DNA of 63,021 nucleotides, counting the filler, from Asterionella formosa (Eukaryota), in assembly GCA_002256025.1 (NCBI GenBank). It is 10 parts of 10 records of this genome, joined end to end, with 100 filler letters (N's around TTAATTAATTAA, not from the genome) between each part and the next. Parts side by side here need not be neighbours in the genome. Positions count along the whole stretch, not along the records: positions 33,181 to 58,171 come from NKIB01002108.1; 9 more parts are not named here. The stretch is one strand, 5' to 3'. Shown in pieces: positions 37,164 through 48,932 of the stretch. The position numbers and the translations under genes are program-made. How positions within the stretch are numbered: the first letter of the stretch is position 1; every line of letters starts with the position of its first letter. Under the pieces are notes generated by a model that saw only the letters and a list, made by a program, of their open reading frames with translations, was not told the DNA's origin and did no database searches.

Positions 37164-37487
37164 TGACAGTTTCAGCAAGAACATCACGGCAACCTATGTA
37201 TTTCTGGTCATATGACCGGAGCTGCTGATTTAGCTATCTTCTTTTTTAATCTAAAATGTTGCTCTGTTCAAGTAGATTTCCTGCAAACTTGTTTGAGTTT
37301 CAGGACTTTGAGTTCACCCTTAATGACAGTTTCAGCAAGAACATTTCGGCAACCTATGTATTTCTGGTCATATGACCGGAGCTACTGATTTAGCTATCTT
37401 CTTTTTTAATCTAAAATGTTGTTGCTTTGTTCAAGTAGATTTACTTCAAACTTGTTTGAGTTTCAGTACTTTGAGTTCACCCTTAAT
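37164..37487 (+). repeat. Tandem duplication, about 160-bp unit x2
   Basis: TGACAGTTTCAGCAAGAACAT..GAGTTCACCCTTAAT starts at 37164 and again at 37324. Confidence 0.92.
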
Positions 37488-37570
37488 ATTTCCAGCCGAT
37501 TCGAGTTCCAGCAAAGAGGGTTTCAAAAAGATCATACCATGAATAGAAGATAACGATTACCAGTATAAAG

Positions 37571-39111
37571 AATTTTACATATGTTTTCCTACCACATTGA
37601 CCAAATCCTAAAATAGTCAAATCTTGCGCCGAAATTTTAGTGAATAGAAATAGCACTAGAGTGCTGTTATATGTGTATCGTTATATCTGTAAACTGATTA
37701 CTACCAATAAGAAAATGATGGGACTGTGTGGTGTGTGGTACTCATACATATCTGCCTGATGAAATGAGCAACGATAGCGACTCATCAGATGACGACCACT
37801 CCTACACGTCTGTACATACCAGTTATGCATATGCAGGAAGAAAACGAGAAATTGCAACCGAAGGAGGAGACAGAGGATCAAAGGAAGTCACTAGGCTAAT
37901 GTCTGTATCTGTAGTTTTTTGAATATTAGTCGTAGCATCACAATTCCTGTAAATTCGTTTTTCTTACGCAGCTACTACTAGGCCTACGCCTATCTAGCTA
38001 GTAAAATACCCATCAAAAACTAATATGACTAGTTATGCATTTTATATTGATATTCTATCATAGAAAAACCCTTCTGTTTCTTTAATTAGCTAGAGTGATA
38101 GCTTTCTAATCAATCATACTAGCATTGACATGCAATCTATTTTATTTTACCTTCATTTGGAATCATCTACTACTACATCAAAATCATCAGTGGTGGATGA
38201 CAGGTGGGACAGTGGATTACTGGACGCACTTGAATTATTGAGATGCAATTGGATCAAACCTATTCCCTCCTTCACTTTGTTCCATTATACGACATAGCCT
38301 TTATTGGCGTGAAGCGCTTCGTTAAATGGTGCAACTCTCTAGGATTCTTTTTTTGAAATTTTCAGCTGATCAATCGACTGTCGACACTGTAAATTGTTAC
38401 CCAATTACCCATGGCATAACTTCACATAATGCTGAGCAAACTTGAGTATAATGTTAATCTGCAGGCAAGGGAAGGAGAGATTGATACTAGCCAGGTAGAT
38501 GCAGCAGTCTGCCAATGATGGCACATGACGGTACACGAGGAACAATGCTGCCATGATGAAACTTGCACATTGCTATCGATTGTCGCTCTTGACAACACCA
38601 AAATAATCCAACTTAATCGTCCTTGTTGGCTGCTGCTCCTGGTGCTCCTACTCCTGTAGCATCCTGCTTTGACGCCAACGGATGATGATATCTTCTTGGG
38701 ACTGTCAAAGACTTGAAGGACAACATTCAGCTAACAAGACATCATATTTTATGCATGAGATGGTGTGGTCATAGATAGCTGCCAGTATTATTCACAGGTA
38801 TTTATACTTAAGTTTATTATTTGTCTACATCTAGAGAGTAAGGTAAATGTCTATTGTAAGCCTTTGTGGATCAATTAAACAGTCTATGTTATGTTGCTGG
38901 TGCAAGCCATAATCTAGACCAATAGAAACGCTTCCTTTGTTTGGCTACAGTCAGAGTCTAATCAACCAAATACCTGACATTTTGTCAATAAGGGGGTCAT
39001 CCTCAATCAAGACCAAAGCATATTTGGTGTTGGTCGATGTGGTGGCTAAAGTATTTTTGCGTTTTCGACCAACACAATGGATCATGACGTGTAATGATTC
39101 CCAACTGCAAT
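37571..39111 (+). mobile_element. Third Harbinger family copy: internally deleted derivative lacking the outermost TIR bases
   Basis: 37571-37655 matches the left subterminal region (about 6345-6430). It retains the transposase start MSNDSDSSDDD. 38912-39111 matches the right subterminal region. Confidence 0.75.
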
Positions 39112-39935
39112 GCTATTACATCACCATTTATTTGCACTAACAGCACCAAGTAGCCTTCTTGAATACGCCAGGACACGACTCCTGTCTACAGATGTCCCAC
39201 AATCACACCGCCCGCCCAGTGCGCTGAGATGGTGAAACCTTTTAACTAGCCAGCCCGGCCGACTGCATGCCCACTTATCCCGCGCAATAACTTGCCAATA
39301 CTGAACACGCAAAATCTCAAGAAGTAGGTCTACCGGTACATGTTTCTATGCCAAATTTCATACAGATGAAGATTTACAAGACCACCGTATATTCTAGACC
39401 TATTGGCTGGCAGGATTTTGTTGGTTGTGTGCCGTCGCGCTTTAATTATTCATTCAAATTTATATGTTATTTACCAGTAGTGTACTTACAGATGTACTCG
39501 GAGTATGCATCTGTATACATACAGACATATCGGTAAATAATGTACTGGTGCCAGGTACCAGGTACCAGGTACGGTACCTGGTTCCTTCATAGGTAATCCG
39601 GAGGACAAACAAGTCTCAATAATCATTTTGTATGTGAACCTTACATTTGGGTATACACAGAGTGCAATCCCCCTAAAACTTTCGAAATTTAGAGATGTAT
39701 CGCAGGCATGGCTAATTTAAAGATTCATCATGTCTTGATAGAGGTTGAAAATTTCCCCCTGGAAACCCGGCGGTTGGTCAGTTTTGAGTTTTGACTCTGT
39801 TGTTAGCTTGCTTGCCAATTTACTGTGAAGGCATTTAGAGTGATGCAGCTACTCTGCATTAGGCGATCGGTTCCTCATACAGTTTAGGGCTTCAAATATC
39901 GCATTGTTTTCTTGAATCCCCGAAAAAATAGCAAC

Positions 39936-40819
39936 ATGTTCGTCCGACCCTCGCTCATCATCTCAGTTGCTGCACTGCTCTGTGTTGGTTGCGGAGCAGA
40001 GTCTCATACTCTAAGAAGATCATCTTTTGAGAAGGGAGACGAGAAGTTATCTAACGTTGTAGACGAACCCTCTGATGAGGGCTATTCTGGCGTTGGCCAG
40101 CGTCGCGAGCTTTGGAGTTGGTGGTCCATGCTTTTCCTCCGTAAGTTAGTCCTTTTGCGCACCCTCTGGATACCTCGAGCTGTCGAAGAGCGACAATGAA
40201 GTACCGGTAACCTGGGGGACGAGACAGTGCTTCTCGATCGCTGGGTCGTTCCTGATTACCGGTATTCGGTCGCGACAGAAGTCGTTACGACCAACTTGAA
40301 AAATAGCTTTAGCAGACCTTTCGAACCTCCACGCAACTAACTCCGAAGTACCCCTCTCATTCTTTGTCGACAGTTGGCCCACATCCTCCTTGCCCAGACC
40401 ATGGCCCATTGTCGCATGCTCCTCACTGCAAAGTTGAACCCACAGACACAAGTGGATCATCTACTGAACAGACATATTCAAGCGATACATCTTCCTCCCA
40501 AACCGAAAGCAGTAGTACTTCTGAGGTACAAGCTGAGAAGGCCAATTCGAAATCCACTAATTCTATGAGCAGAAACTTCCCATGGATGCTTCTCGTTGCT
40601 GGAGCTGCGGCCACTGCTGCACTTGCTGCCGCTGTTATTGGATCCCGCAAGGAACCCAGAGAGAAACATCAGCTGGAAGGATCAGTCAAGCGTAGAATTA
40701 CTCTGTTTAGTGCTTTTGCAGACAGCGCATTGTGTGGAGCTACGGGTAGCCGACCTGAACGAGTCGTTGAAATGACCAGCTCTATGGACGGCAAAGATAC
40801 CCCTTACCGCTTGGCCTAG
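39936..40819 (+). CDS. Single-pass membrane protein with signal peptide, RxL motif and Ser/Thr-rich ectodomain; silicalemma-associated protein (SAP)-like
   Basis: Intron 40141-40373 (GTAAGT..ACTAAC..GACAG). RRELWSWW, PHPPCPDHGPLSHAPHC, Ser/Thr tract, TM PWMLLVAGAAATAALAAAVIG, cytosolic HQLEGSVKRRITLFS. The gene model is solid; the family label is from recalled architecture. Confidence 0.7.
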
Positions 40820-41047
40820 GAATTCGAGTGCTAACTCGGGGATTGCAATACTGTCTTGGCGACTGCCAGTTTCTTGGCAAATTTATGTTTGTAATAATCT
40901 TAAATACATGTTAGACTGTCCGTCGGTTTCTCTGTACTCACAATTCATGCAATCAAGAATCTGTAAAAAGGCAAAACGACTGCTTCACCTAGGTTTCATT
41001 TTCTGCCGTAAATTCTTCTCTGATCAAGTTTGCGGTTTCATAGTAGT

Positions 41048-43289
41048 TTAATCCAGTTGAAGCTGCAACCACTTTCCTGATGCGCGGAACTTGGCAATAA
41101 ACTCCATATCTTCGGATTTGGTGGACTTGATGTGACCCATTGGCAAGTATAAACTTACAAAATTGGCAACCATGGGAAAGGTATTTATCGGTTTATCATC
41201 AACATGAATCACGTTCAACACGAAAGCCTGGTCGTGCTGTGCAAATGTATCACAAGTTTCACGGCAACTTGATAGGTTGTGCATTTCACAAAAATCAAGT
41301 ACGGCTGTATTATCAGGATGGACTGACAACTCAACTTGAGGACGGGCATTTGTGGCGTGAAATAGGACAAACACGGGAACCATGGCATCAATAGAGGCAT
41401 ATTTGCCACAGCGGATTTTGGTCTTCACACCTGGCATATTTGGAGGGCACTGAAGACCCCATAGAGCGGTTCGAGATGTGCCAAATCCAACTTTAGGATT
41501 CTCGTTCGTTACGTTGACAATGTAGTTTAGCAACTCAATACAGAATCCACGAGCGGCCTTATCAGAAACAGATTTGACCAGCAATTGGACGGAAACAGGA
41601 ATAATGTTGGCGAAAATGGAGAGCTTGGACAAGTATCCCACGTTGTACTCGGAGTCGTAGGATGGAGTGCTACTGGGGATCACAACAGGGTATCGAGTAT
41701 ATCTACCGATATTACTACGAGGAGGAAATTCTCCAAAAATTTCTCCCTCTTGCGGGCGAGCCTGGCACGTCATTGCAGGTGGTGCTAGTGGATCATCACT
41801 GGTACCAACGGTGTAAACAACGAGGCCAGTCCTCTCAAAAAGCGCCAGCCCGAGTGCAAATGCATTTCCTCTATTCGAGTTGATGGCGAGTGAAATGGGT
41901 TGATGCTTATTCAACCACGCACACAACTCGTTCAACTTGGCGTTGTCGTTCTCCCAATCAACAGAAATTTTGGAAAAGTCAACGGTTACCTTTCGCCAGT
42001 ATTCATCAATGCCATCCCTTGGGAACTCATTATCGTGTACCTTGATATATGCATCAGCCTTTTCTAGGTAAAGGTAGGATTGATCATGCGTCGGTGACTT
42101 ACTTCCTTTATGCTTGGCATAAACACCATCAAACATATTATTTTTGAGAGCATATTGAGCATCTGGAATTGACATGGTGGTTTCAAATACTTCGTTGAAT
42201 TGAGACGAGAAGGATGGGACCACAGCATGACGAAGGGCTGTGCACTGACCAGAACTTTCGATTGTAGCACTCATGCGAATAGCTTCTCGAATATTTTGTG
42301 TCCATTCTGTCGTAACAAAGGTGTTTGGGCCACCTGTTGATGCCACCGTATTTGGATAACCGATCATCATGGCGGCCGCTAGCTCACGCGAGCAGGTAGC
42401 ATAAAGGTTTCCAGTAAATTGCTTATTGTTTTGCGTAATCTTGATGATATCTTCAAGACTACAAGATAGGAAAGTCACCATACCCATGTATTGCACGCCT
42501 TCGTCCTTTAACAAATCAATCAACAACTCGACCCATCGATATCCGTGCTGAGATGTATTGCTACGCCCGAGGATGACACATGGGATTCCCAATTCCAATG
42601 ACCGGATAGTCTTTCGAAAGAGATCGAGAAAGTTTGTGAAATTGGAAACGCAGCTTACATAGATTGTTTTTCTTGAAATGGACAGAATTCCCTTTCGCTC
42701 GTCGTCCAACAAAAAGTCATTCAATCTACGTTCAACAGCATTAGCCATAGTCGCTTCTTCCATTTCCGTTATACCATCCTGCTTGTAGAAATCGAGGGTT
42801 TGGTTTCCAATTAAGAACCCTGTGTGTTCAGTCAGCAGTTTTTCTTCGATTCGGCGAATAATAGGTCTAAGATCGGAGTAAGGAGATTTGAAGTTTTGAA
42901 TGTGCGTTTCGAGAATAGCCACCTGATCAGGGCCAGATATGTGCTGAAGACCATTTGTCTTCCCAAGGGCATCCTTGGTTTCTACCAACTTGCTTGAGTC
43001 ATATTCTAGTTTTTCTCCATTGAGAATGGATGTGATCTGCGAAATACGGAGCTTACTGTAAGCGTACATCATTCACGCGTTCGCATGTTCTATTGAGTCG
43101 AAGGTCATCATGTGGATGCAATAGGGAGCTATTAGAGCTATTCATAATACTCACAGGTTCATCATACCATTTATTGACATCAAAATTTTCAAGGTAGATA
43201 AATGTACTCTTTCTGAAACCCTGCACATCTGGTTTAGGCAAGGCCATAAAGGCAGATGCATAGGTGGATGACGCAAAATTTGTAGACAT
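41048..43289 (-). CDS. Divergent aldehyde dehydrogenase-fold protein, spliced
   Basis: Intron 43037-43154 (GTGAGT..TTCGCAG; an alternative acceptor at 43052 is also in frame). ALDH-like SNFTNF, ASTGGPNT, SSGQCTALR, EGEIFGEFP. Confidence 0.7.
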
Positions 43290-45009
43290 GATGATTCCGA
43301 TGTGTTGATGTTCGGCGGCAAGTCGGGAAATTTGGGTCATCTCACAATTAATGCTCACCGGTATATGAATTTTGGCAGTAAAAGCACAAGATATAATAAT
43401 CGCTTCGCCTGGGCCCTCTACACCGGTACCTGGTATAGTATACGGGGTATACCGATAGTTCCACCCATAACCATTTCTGCTGTGAAGTACCGGTGTGTCT
43501 ATTCATTCTGACCTCTACTGGTAGCAAGAAAATTGACTTGTCACCTGCCAGGACCCTCACCATTTGTACCAGGTACCTGGTACTGTATACCAGTATACCG
43601 GGTATGTTTATCTATCCCTGATTTTCAGATCCACCTGCACCACCATCAATTTAATTACTTTTTCCTTTTCCAACTTCCCATACAATTCTTCATTTCTAAG
43701 AATCCAACTTTTTATAGCCATGTCACATAAACTTAACATTACCTATGCACTCCACCTTTCTGCCTTGCTCCCATCACTGTCACCCTTCTCTTTGCTGTGT
43801 GTAACAGTTGCTACACCCCATAATTTACTCATTTTCTCTTTAAACGCCTGGTACCACCCAATATCAATCTGATTTAAGTATGCCTCAAAAGTCAAACTCC
43901 TGATTACATTGGACAAAAGTGGAAAAGGTTAGCCAATTGCAAGCTTTCGTTTCCTAGTATGTCTGCAAATAAAACCCATCATATTCCTATGATGCATCAT
44001 AGGATTATGATCATCTGATCATAATTTTTCGTTACATCATCTAATAATTTTGATAAATGCCCTTGTAATTTAAATAGTAACCCTTTTGACTATGGAAATT
44101 TAATCATTATATCTATTGTTTCTTTTAGGTTCCTGTATTTAAATTTCTTGGTAGGATAATGTACCAGTTAGACTAATGTGGTTTGGCTCATCATCCTCTC
44201 CAGTCCTCACTCTGATTCTTGCAACAACGACAAAGCAGCCATGTCGAGAGTTACGAGATTTTGTGATAAAATCTTCATTTGTCGTTCAAGTCATCATATG
44301 TCTTCGATGAATCATCATCTACATTGCACAGTATGTTCATACTATGCAATCCATTAAGAGCTTGAAAAGAAATCCAATGAAAACGAAATGGATCATCACA
44401 CAAGACGAATATTTCCGGCCGGTCTGTCACTGGAGCATCAATCAGTGTTACAACCTCAATCATAGCTAGTAAACAACATCCATTATAGAACAGCACAATC
44501 TACTTCTCCGTAACATCGTCTCTCTAACAAGAACATAAATCACCTAGAATAGAAATGCAGCATAGCATGCGATATGCACAAAGAAGTATGAGACTGTCTA
44601 GCTATTTATAGTAACAGAGTGATTCTGGTTTCGTAATTTTCATGTCTCATTAGATTTTCTTTGTCATCGTACTAGTTGCATACTACCTTTGAAGGCAGGA
44701 GCGTATTCTTTGATGTATCTGGAATATTTCAATGGATGGCAGCAGTTGGTATTAGACACAAACCTCGACAAAAGCACTAGTACTTTGTAGATGTTCATGA
44801 AAAGCGAGACACTTTGCTTGGCCTATCGAACACCAGCCAGTCTATACTGCAAAATTCAAGAAGCACAAGTTGAATGCCCATTTATGGATTCAAGTTTCGC
44901 TCAGTAGTGCAACAATGTAAAATATTAGAAACCGGAAGTCACATTTCATCTAATTACGGTTTTTATTAGCTATACTAGCTAGTATTGATGGGTGAGAGGA
45001 AGCGATGGT

Positions 45010-45830
45010 AGAATGGCTGCCAAACGGGTGGGGGCAAACACAGAGAATCCTACTACTAATTTTTCTCCCCAATGATCCCAGTCCCTTCTTGAATGTCACT
45101 TGCTACAGAAAATGTAGAACAGCCGTCATGATCTGTTGATTGTTGCTTTATGGTGCCACTGACCAAAACCTCCAGTTGCTTGCTTCTTGACTTGAATGCA
45201 AAAGGGATCGAAACCAGTAAAAAAATCAAAAGGGAAGAACTAAAAAGGCTCTGCGAACATCAGGACAATTGTGAAAGAGAAATGAAGGTTGTTCTTGGGA
45301 GGAGAAGTAAAGGGATAATTGCTTCTGCTGGTCTTGTGGGAAAAAGAATAGATTGACCCAAACAATGTTGACAAATAGGTACCTACCGGAAAAGGAAGCA
45401 ATGCTTTCAGCATCATCAATCTATACACAAGCCTGCGCCACCTGATGTTGTCAATATAGCTACCTCGACTTCATCAATGAAGAAGTCAATGGGTGGAGCA
45501 TGTGAGGAAAATCGGGGTTGAGGTTTTCTTGACGCCAACATGGGCCTGCTTGACTGAACTCCTTGCAGATGAAGGTATTGAGTAACCTGGGCCTGTGAAG
45601 CCAAAGGATAAAGAAAAATCTATGACAAGGGTGCGTGGTGAGATAGTATTTAGGAGGGGGAAGCAAAAGTTATCATAGCTGAACACATTCGAAACTTGTA
45701 TAGACAATAAATGGTGGCATACCATGGTTGCTCTTGGCTGACAGTTGCCAAGTCAAGTACAAACACAACGAGCGAGGGTGCACAAAAGACAATCCAATTT
45801 TAATCGACTGGATGATACTTAGTTGTGAGA
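45010..45830 (+). pseudogene. Highly degenerate IS630/Tc1-like transposase remnant
   Basis: Frameshifted pieces resembling GWxGxxKG..LWExxxID, SLRHLM..DFINEE and ELLADEGIE (cf. ELAGEGIEYxW). Confidence 0.5.
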
Positions 45831-46900
45831 CTCACCATTCTGCAATGGGGTGGACTTGATCACTGCTTCGTTCAAAGCACATTCAATTCGAATGCTGTCC
45901 AGTGAAACAGCCAATGAAAACAATTGTGGCGAAAAAGCGCAGAACAGATCAAGAGATTTCATATTCATAGGAATTAAAATAACAGGGCATACATGATGCA
46001 CAGCTCCTTGTGTAGACTATATTTGATCATTTCCATATTTCATACTATACAGGTGCATGGATGACTCCTTCCGCCCTTTCATTAGATATGCAGCCATGTT
46101 GCGATAATTCTACAGGACCTATAGCATTGGTAGTCTGGTGGTTATCATTTCCGCATTATATATACCAGTAGGAGTCATGTATGCATGCATGCTGCGATAA
46201 TTCTTACAAGACATAAAAATTTGGTAGCTTGGGGGAAGGGGTTGCATGCATGAGCAACTACTCCGGTATAAACTATGATCTTTAATCAATGAATTTAGAT
46301 TCGTTTATGCTATAGTACCTTTGATCATAACATATTGATCATATGATGAACGGTGTCGTTGATGAGAAAATGAACAATCAACATTTATTTTCAAGAATCA
46401 GGATCAATTGATCTTAAAAATATGATCAAATGATCCAAACACATTAGCATAGTATTCAGTTTTCCGCTGCACTATTGTGGTATTTCCATGATAGAAGTAA
46501 TTACCAGCAATTATACAGCAGTACTACCGGTAGGCCATATGAATTTCGGTCAATATGTCTATATACATAAATGTATGATTTCGACCATTTGAAAAATTGG
46601 TGACGACTCCCATTTATTAAGGGGCTTAATTAAATCAGCAACTGACTTGTAGTTACAAGAATTGAAACAAAACCAAATTGAAAAGATTCAACAGGTCGTG
46701 GAAAACTATGAACTCATCATGCATTGTATATATTTGAATTATGTATAATCAAAATTGATATTAGTATAAACAGGATGTGCCGTCGTATAATGAGCGTGTT
46801 TAAAACTATGCAAATTTCAACTATATATACATTTAAGCTTCTTACAAATCTTTATGTATATGAATTCATGGCTGAAACATTTGAAATCATGTTTTTATGT

Positions 46901-47205
46901 GGTTCCTTGTCATGTATACACTTTGCTCCTGAAATGAAGGATTATCACACATGATGACGCGGAAAACGAAAGTGATAATACAACACAATGATACTTGCGG
47001 CTTAGAAGGAGAGAGTACGGAGAAGAGCGGAGTCAATTGATGGTAAGTCAAGATCAAATGACTTTCATGTTCATTGTCATGCATACACTTCCTGAAATGA
47101 AGAATCTCAAGCAACACATGATGAGAAAAACTGAAGTGACAATGCAACACGATAATACACCATGCGGCTAAGAAGGAGCGAATATGATGGAGAAGGGCGG
47201 AATCA
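46901..47205 (+). repeat. Diverged tandem duplication, about 170-bp period
   Basis: TTGTCATG(T/C)ATACACTT..CCTGAAATGAAG..ACACATGATGA..TGCGGCT.AGAAGGAG..GGAGAAG.GCGGA.TCAA occurs twice. Confidence 0.8.
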
Positions 47206-48239
47206 ACAAGCTGTGTATAGTATCACAGCAAGTCATGAGCATATGCCAGGATGAGCAATTGTTGAGATTACAATTACGGAATGACTCGTCCCCTTTCAGT
47301 GATTCAATAGCTCCTTTTCGATTTTGTGGCTGGCCAACCATCAATGGCTGTGGAAAAAAGAAATCGGTAAGTGCTGCCTATCAGCCATCTTTGGATCAAT
47401 CCACAACTGTTAGAAAAACTGACACATATGTGTTGCTTCTTTCAGGATAATGGTATACAAACAGTATTTGTAAGTTACAAACAGCAGCGTTGGAGCACAT
47501 TTATTGATCGATACTTTCTCATTCAATCTTCAACACATTCTTTTACAGAAATATGCATCAGTTGCTTCCTCAATTTGTGGTAAGTGAAGGCAGATAGAAG
47601 TGAAATGCATGTTGTTGTGTAAGCAAAACGTGAATAGCTAACAATGAATTGCTTCTCTTTGTTAGTATGGCTGATTGGGATAACGAAACGGATTCAATAG
47701 TAATAGGAAAATGCGTGAATGCAAACTCAGAACAACCCTCAGGAGTAAATGGAACAAAGCAGGGGAACAACGGCAAGGCAACCCGTACAACAACCTTCAG
47801 AATTGGTTTGGGGGTAATGTGGAAATGAAAGCTGAAGCACCAATCATTACGATGAGAGCATTGTAGAACATTCTGTAGCCACTGAAGATATAGAAACATA
47901 AAATCATTCTTAAATATAGTTCTAAATTTCGATCAATTTCATCCTATTTTAGACAGTGATATCGAAGAGAATTACGATCATGCTAAGATAGATGTATGAC
48001 AAAAGTATACACACAACATGACCATGTTTAACTAATTATATGATGCAATGGAATTATAACTATGATAGTATCATCATACTTCAAGCTCGGTAAAATTTAA
48101 AATTTTACTGCATGATCATAATTATATGATACATTGATCATATTTTTGATCGAAAAACTATCATTTATGTAAAAATCCTGTGCCACTTAGCGTATGAAAC
48201 CCTTGATCATATTTTCATGATAGCTTTTATTTACAGATG

Positions 48240-48932
48240 TAGCCCTTGTTCGATACCTTCTTTCAATTTGGTGGCCTCAAAAGGACAAATGCCTGGCCCC
48301 ATGATTGCCGATTCCTTTACATGTTTGCATAACTCATCCTGTGAGGATTTCGTTGTCAGACATGTAATTACATGATTTATGGCCTCGTTAAGGCATTTAA
48401 CCGGAAACATCTATTATCCACAATTTTGTCATATTTGCTTTGTTGTTTGAATATTGCCAACAGATTGAATTGAAAATTAAATACCGTCCTTTTTTGATAT
48501 CTTATAAGAGTGTTTTAATTGCCTTCCATTTTGATCACCATGTCATAAGTTTCACATGTATCCCACCCTACTTTTTTTAGTAATATAATATTCCATGTCA
48601 TCTCTGATTGCCGCATTGCGAATCGCCATTGGCATGATGTTTGTTGTCAAAAATGTATTTCCTTATTTAAGGAAGCAAAACGTCCCAGAGGTAGTAGCTG
48701 ATAAGGCAGCCTGATCCTTCAAGCCAATACATCATGGGCATTTCCGCATCAGCGCTGTTTGGTGATCACAGTCACAATTTAAATTGGCCTTCCATGACAA
48801 CCCCTCATATGCACAATCATCGTCTTGGTGGGTCTTTACATGTTCCCGTATTAATTCAATATTGTACCTCTCTGCCAATTTCATTGTCACCTGTAGTAGT
48901 ACCGTAATTCCGCCCTTCATGTCCTCCCCCAT
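48240..48932 (-). pseudogene. Non-LTR retrotransposon remnant, RNase H C-terminal region
   Basis: EHVKTHQDDDCAYEGLSWKANLNCDCDHQTA matches the HVKxHQD..LN..CD..A pattern of RNase H-bearing LINEs. Confidence 0.55.
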
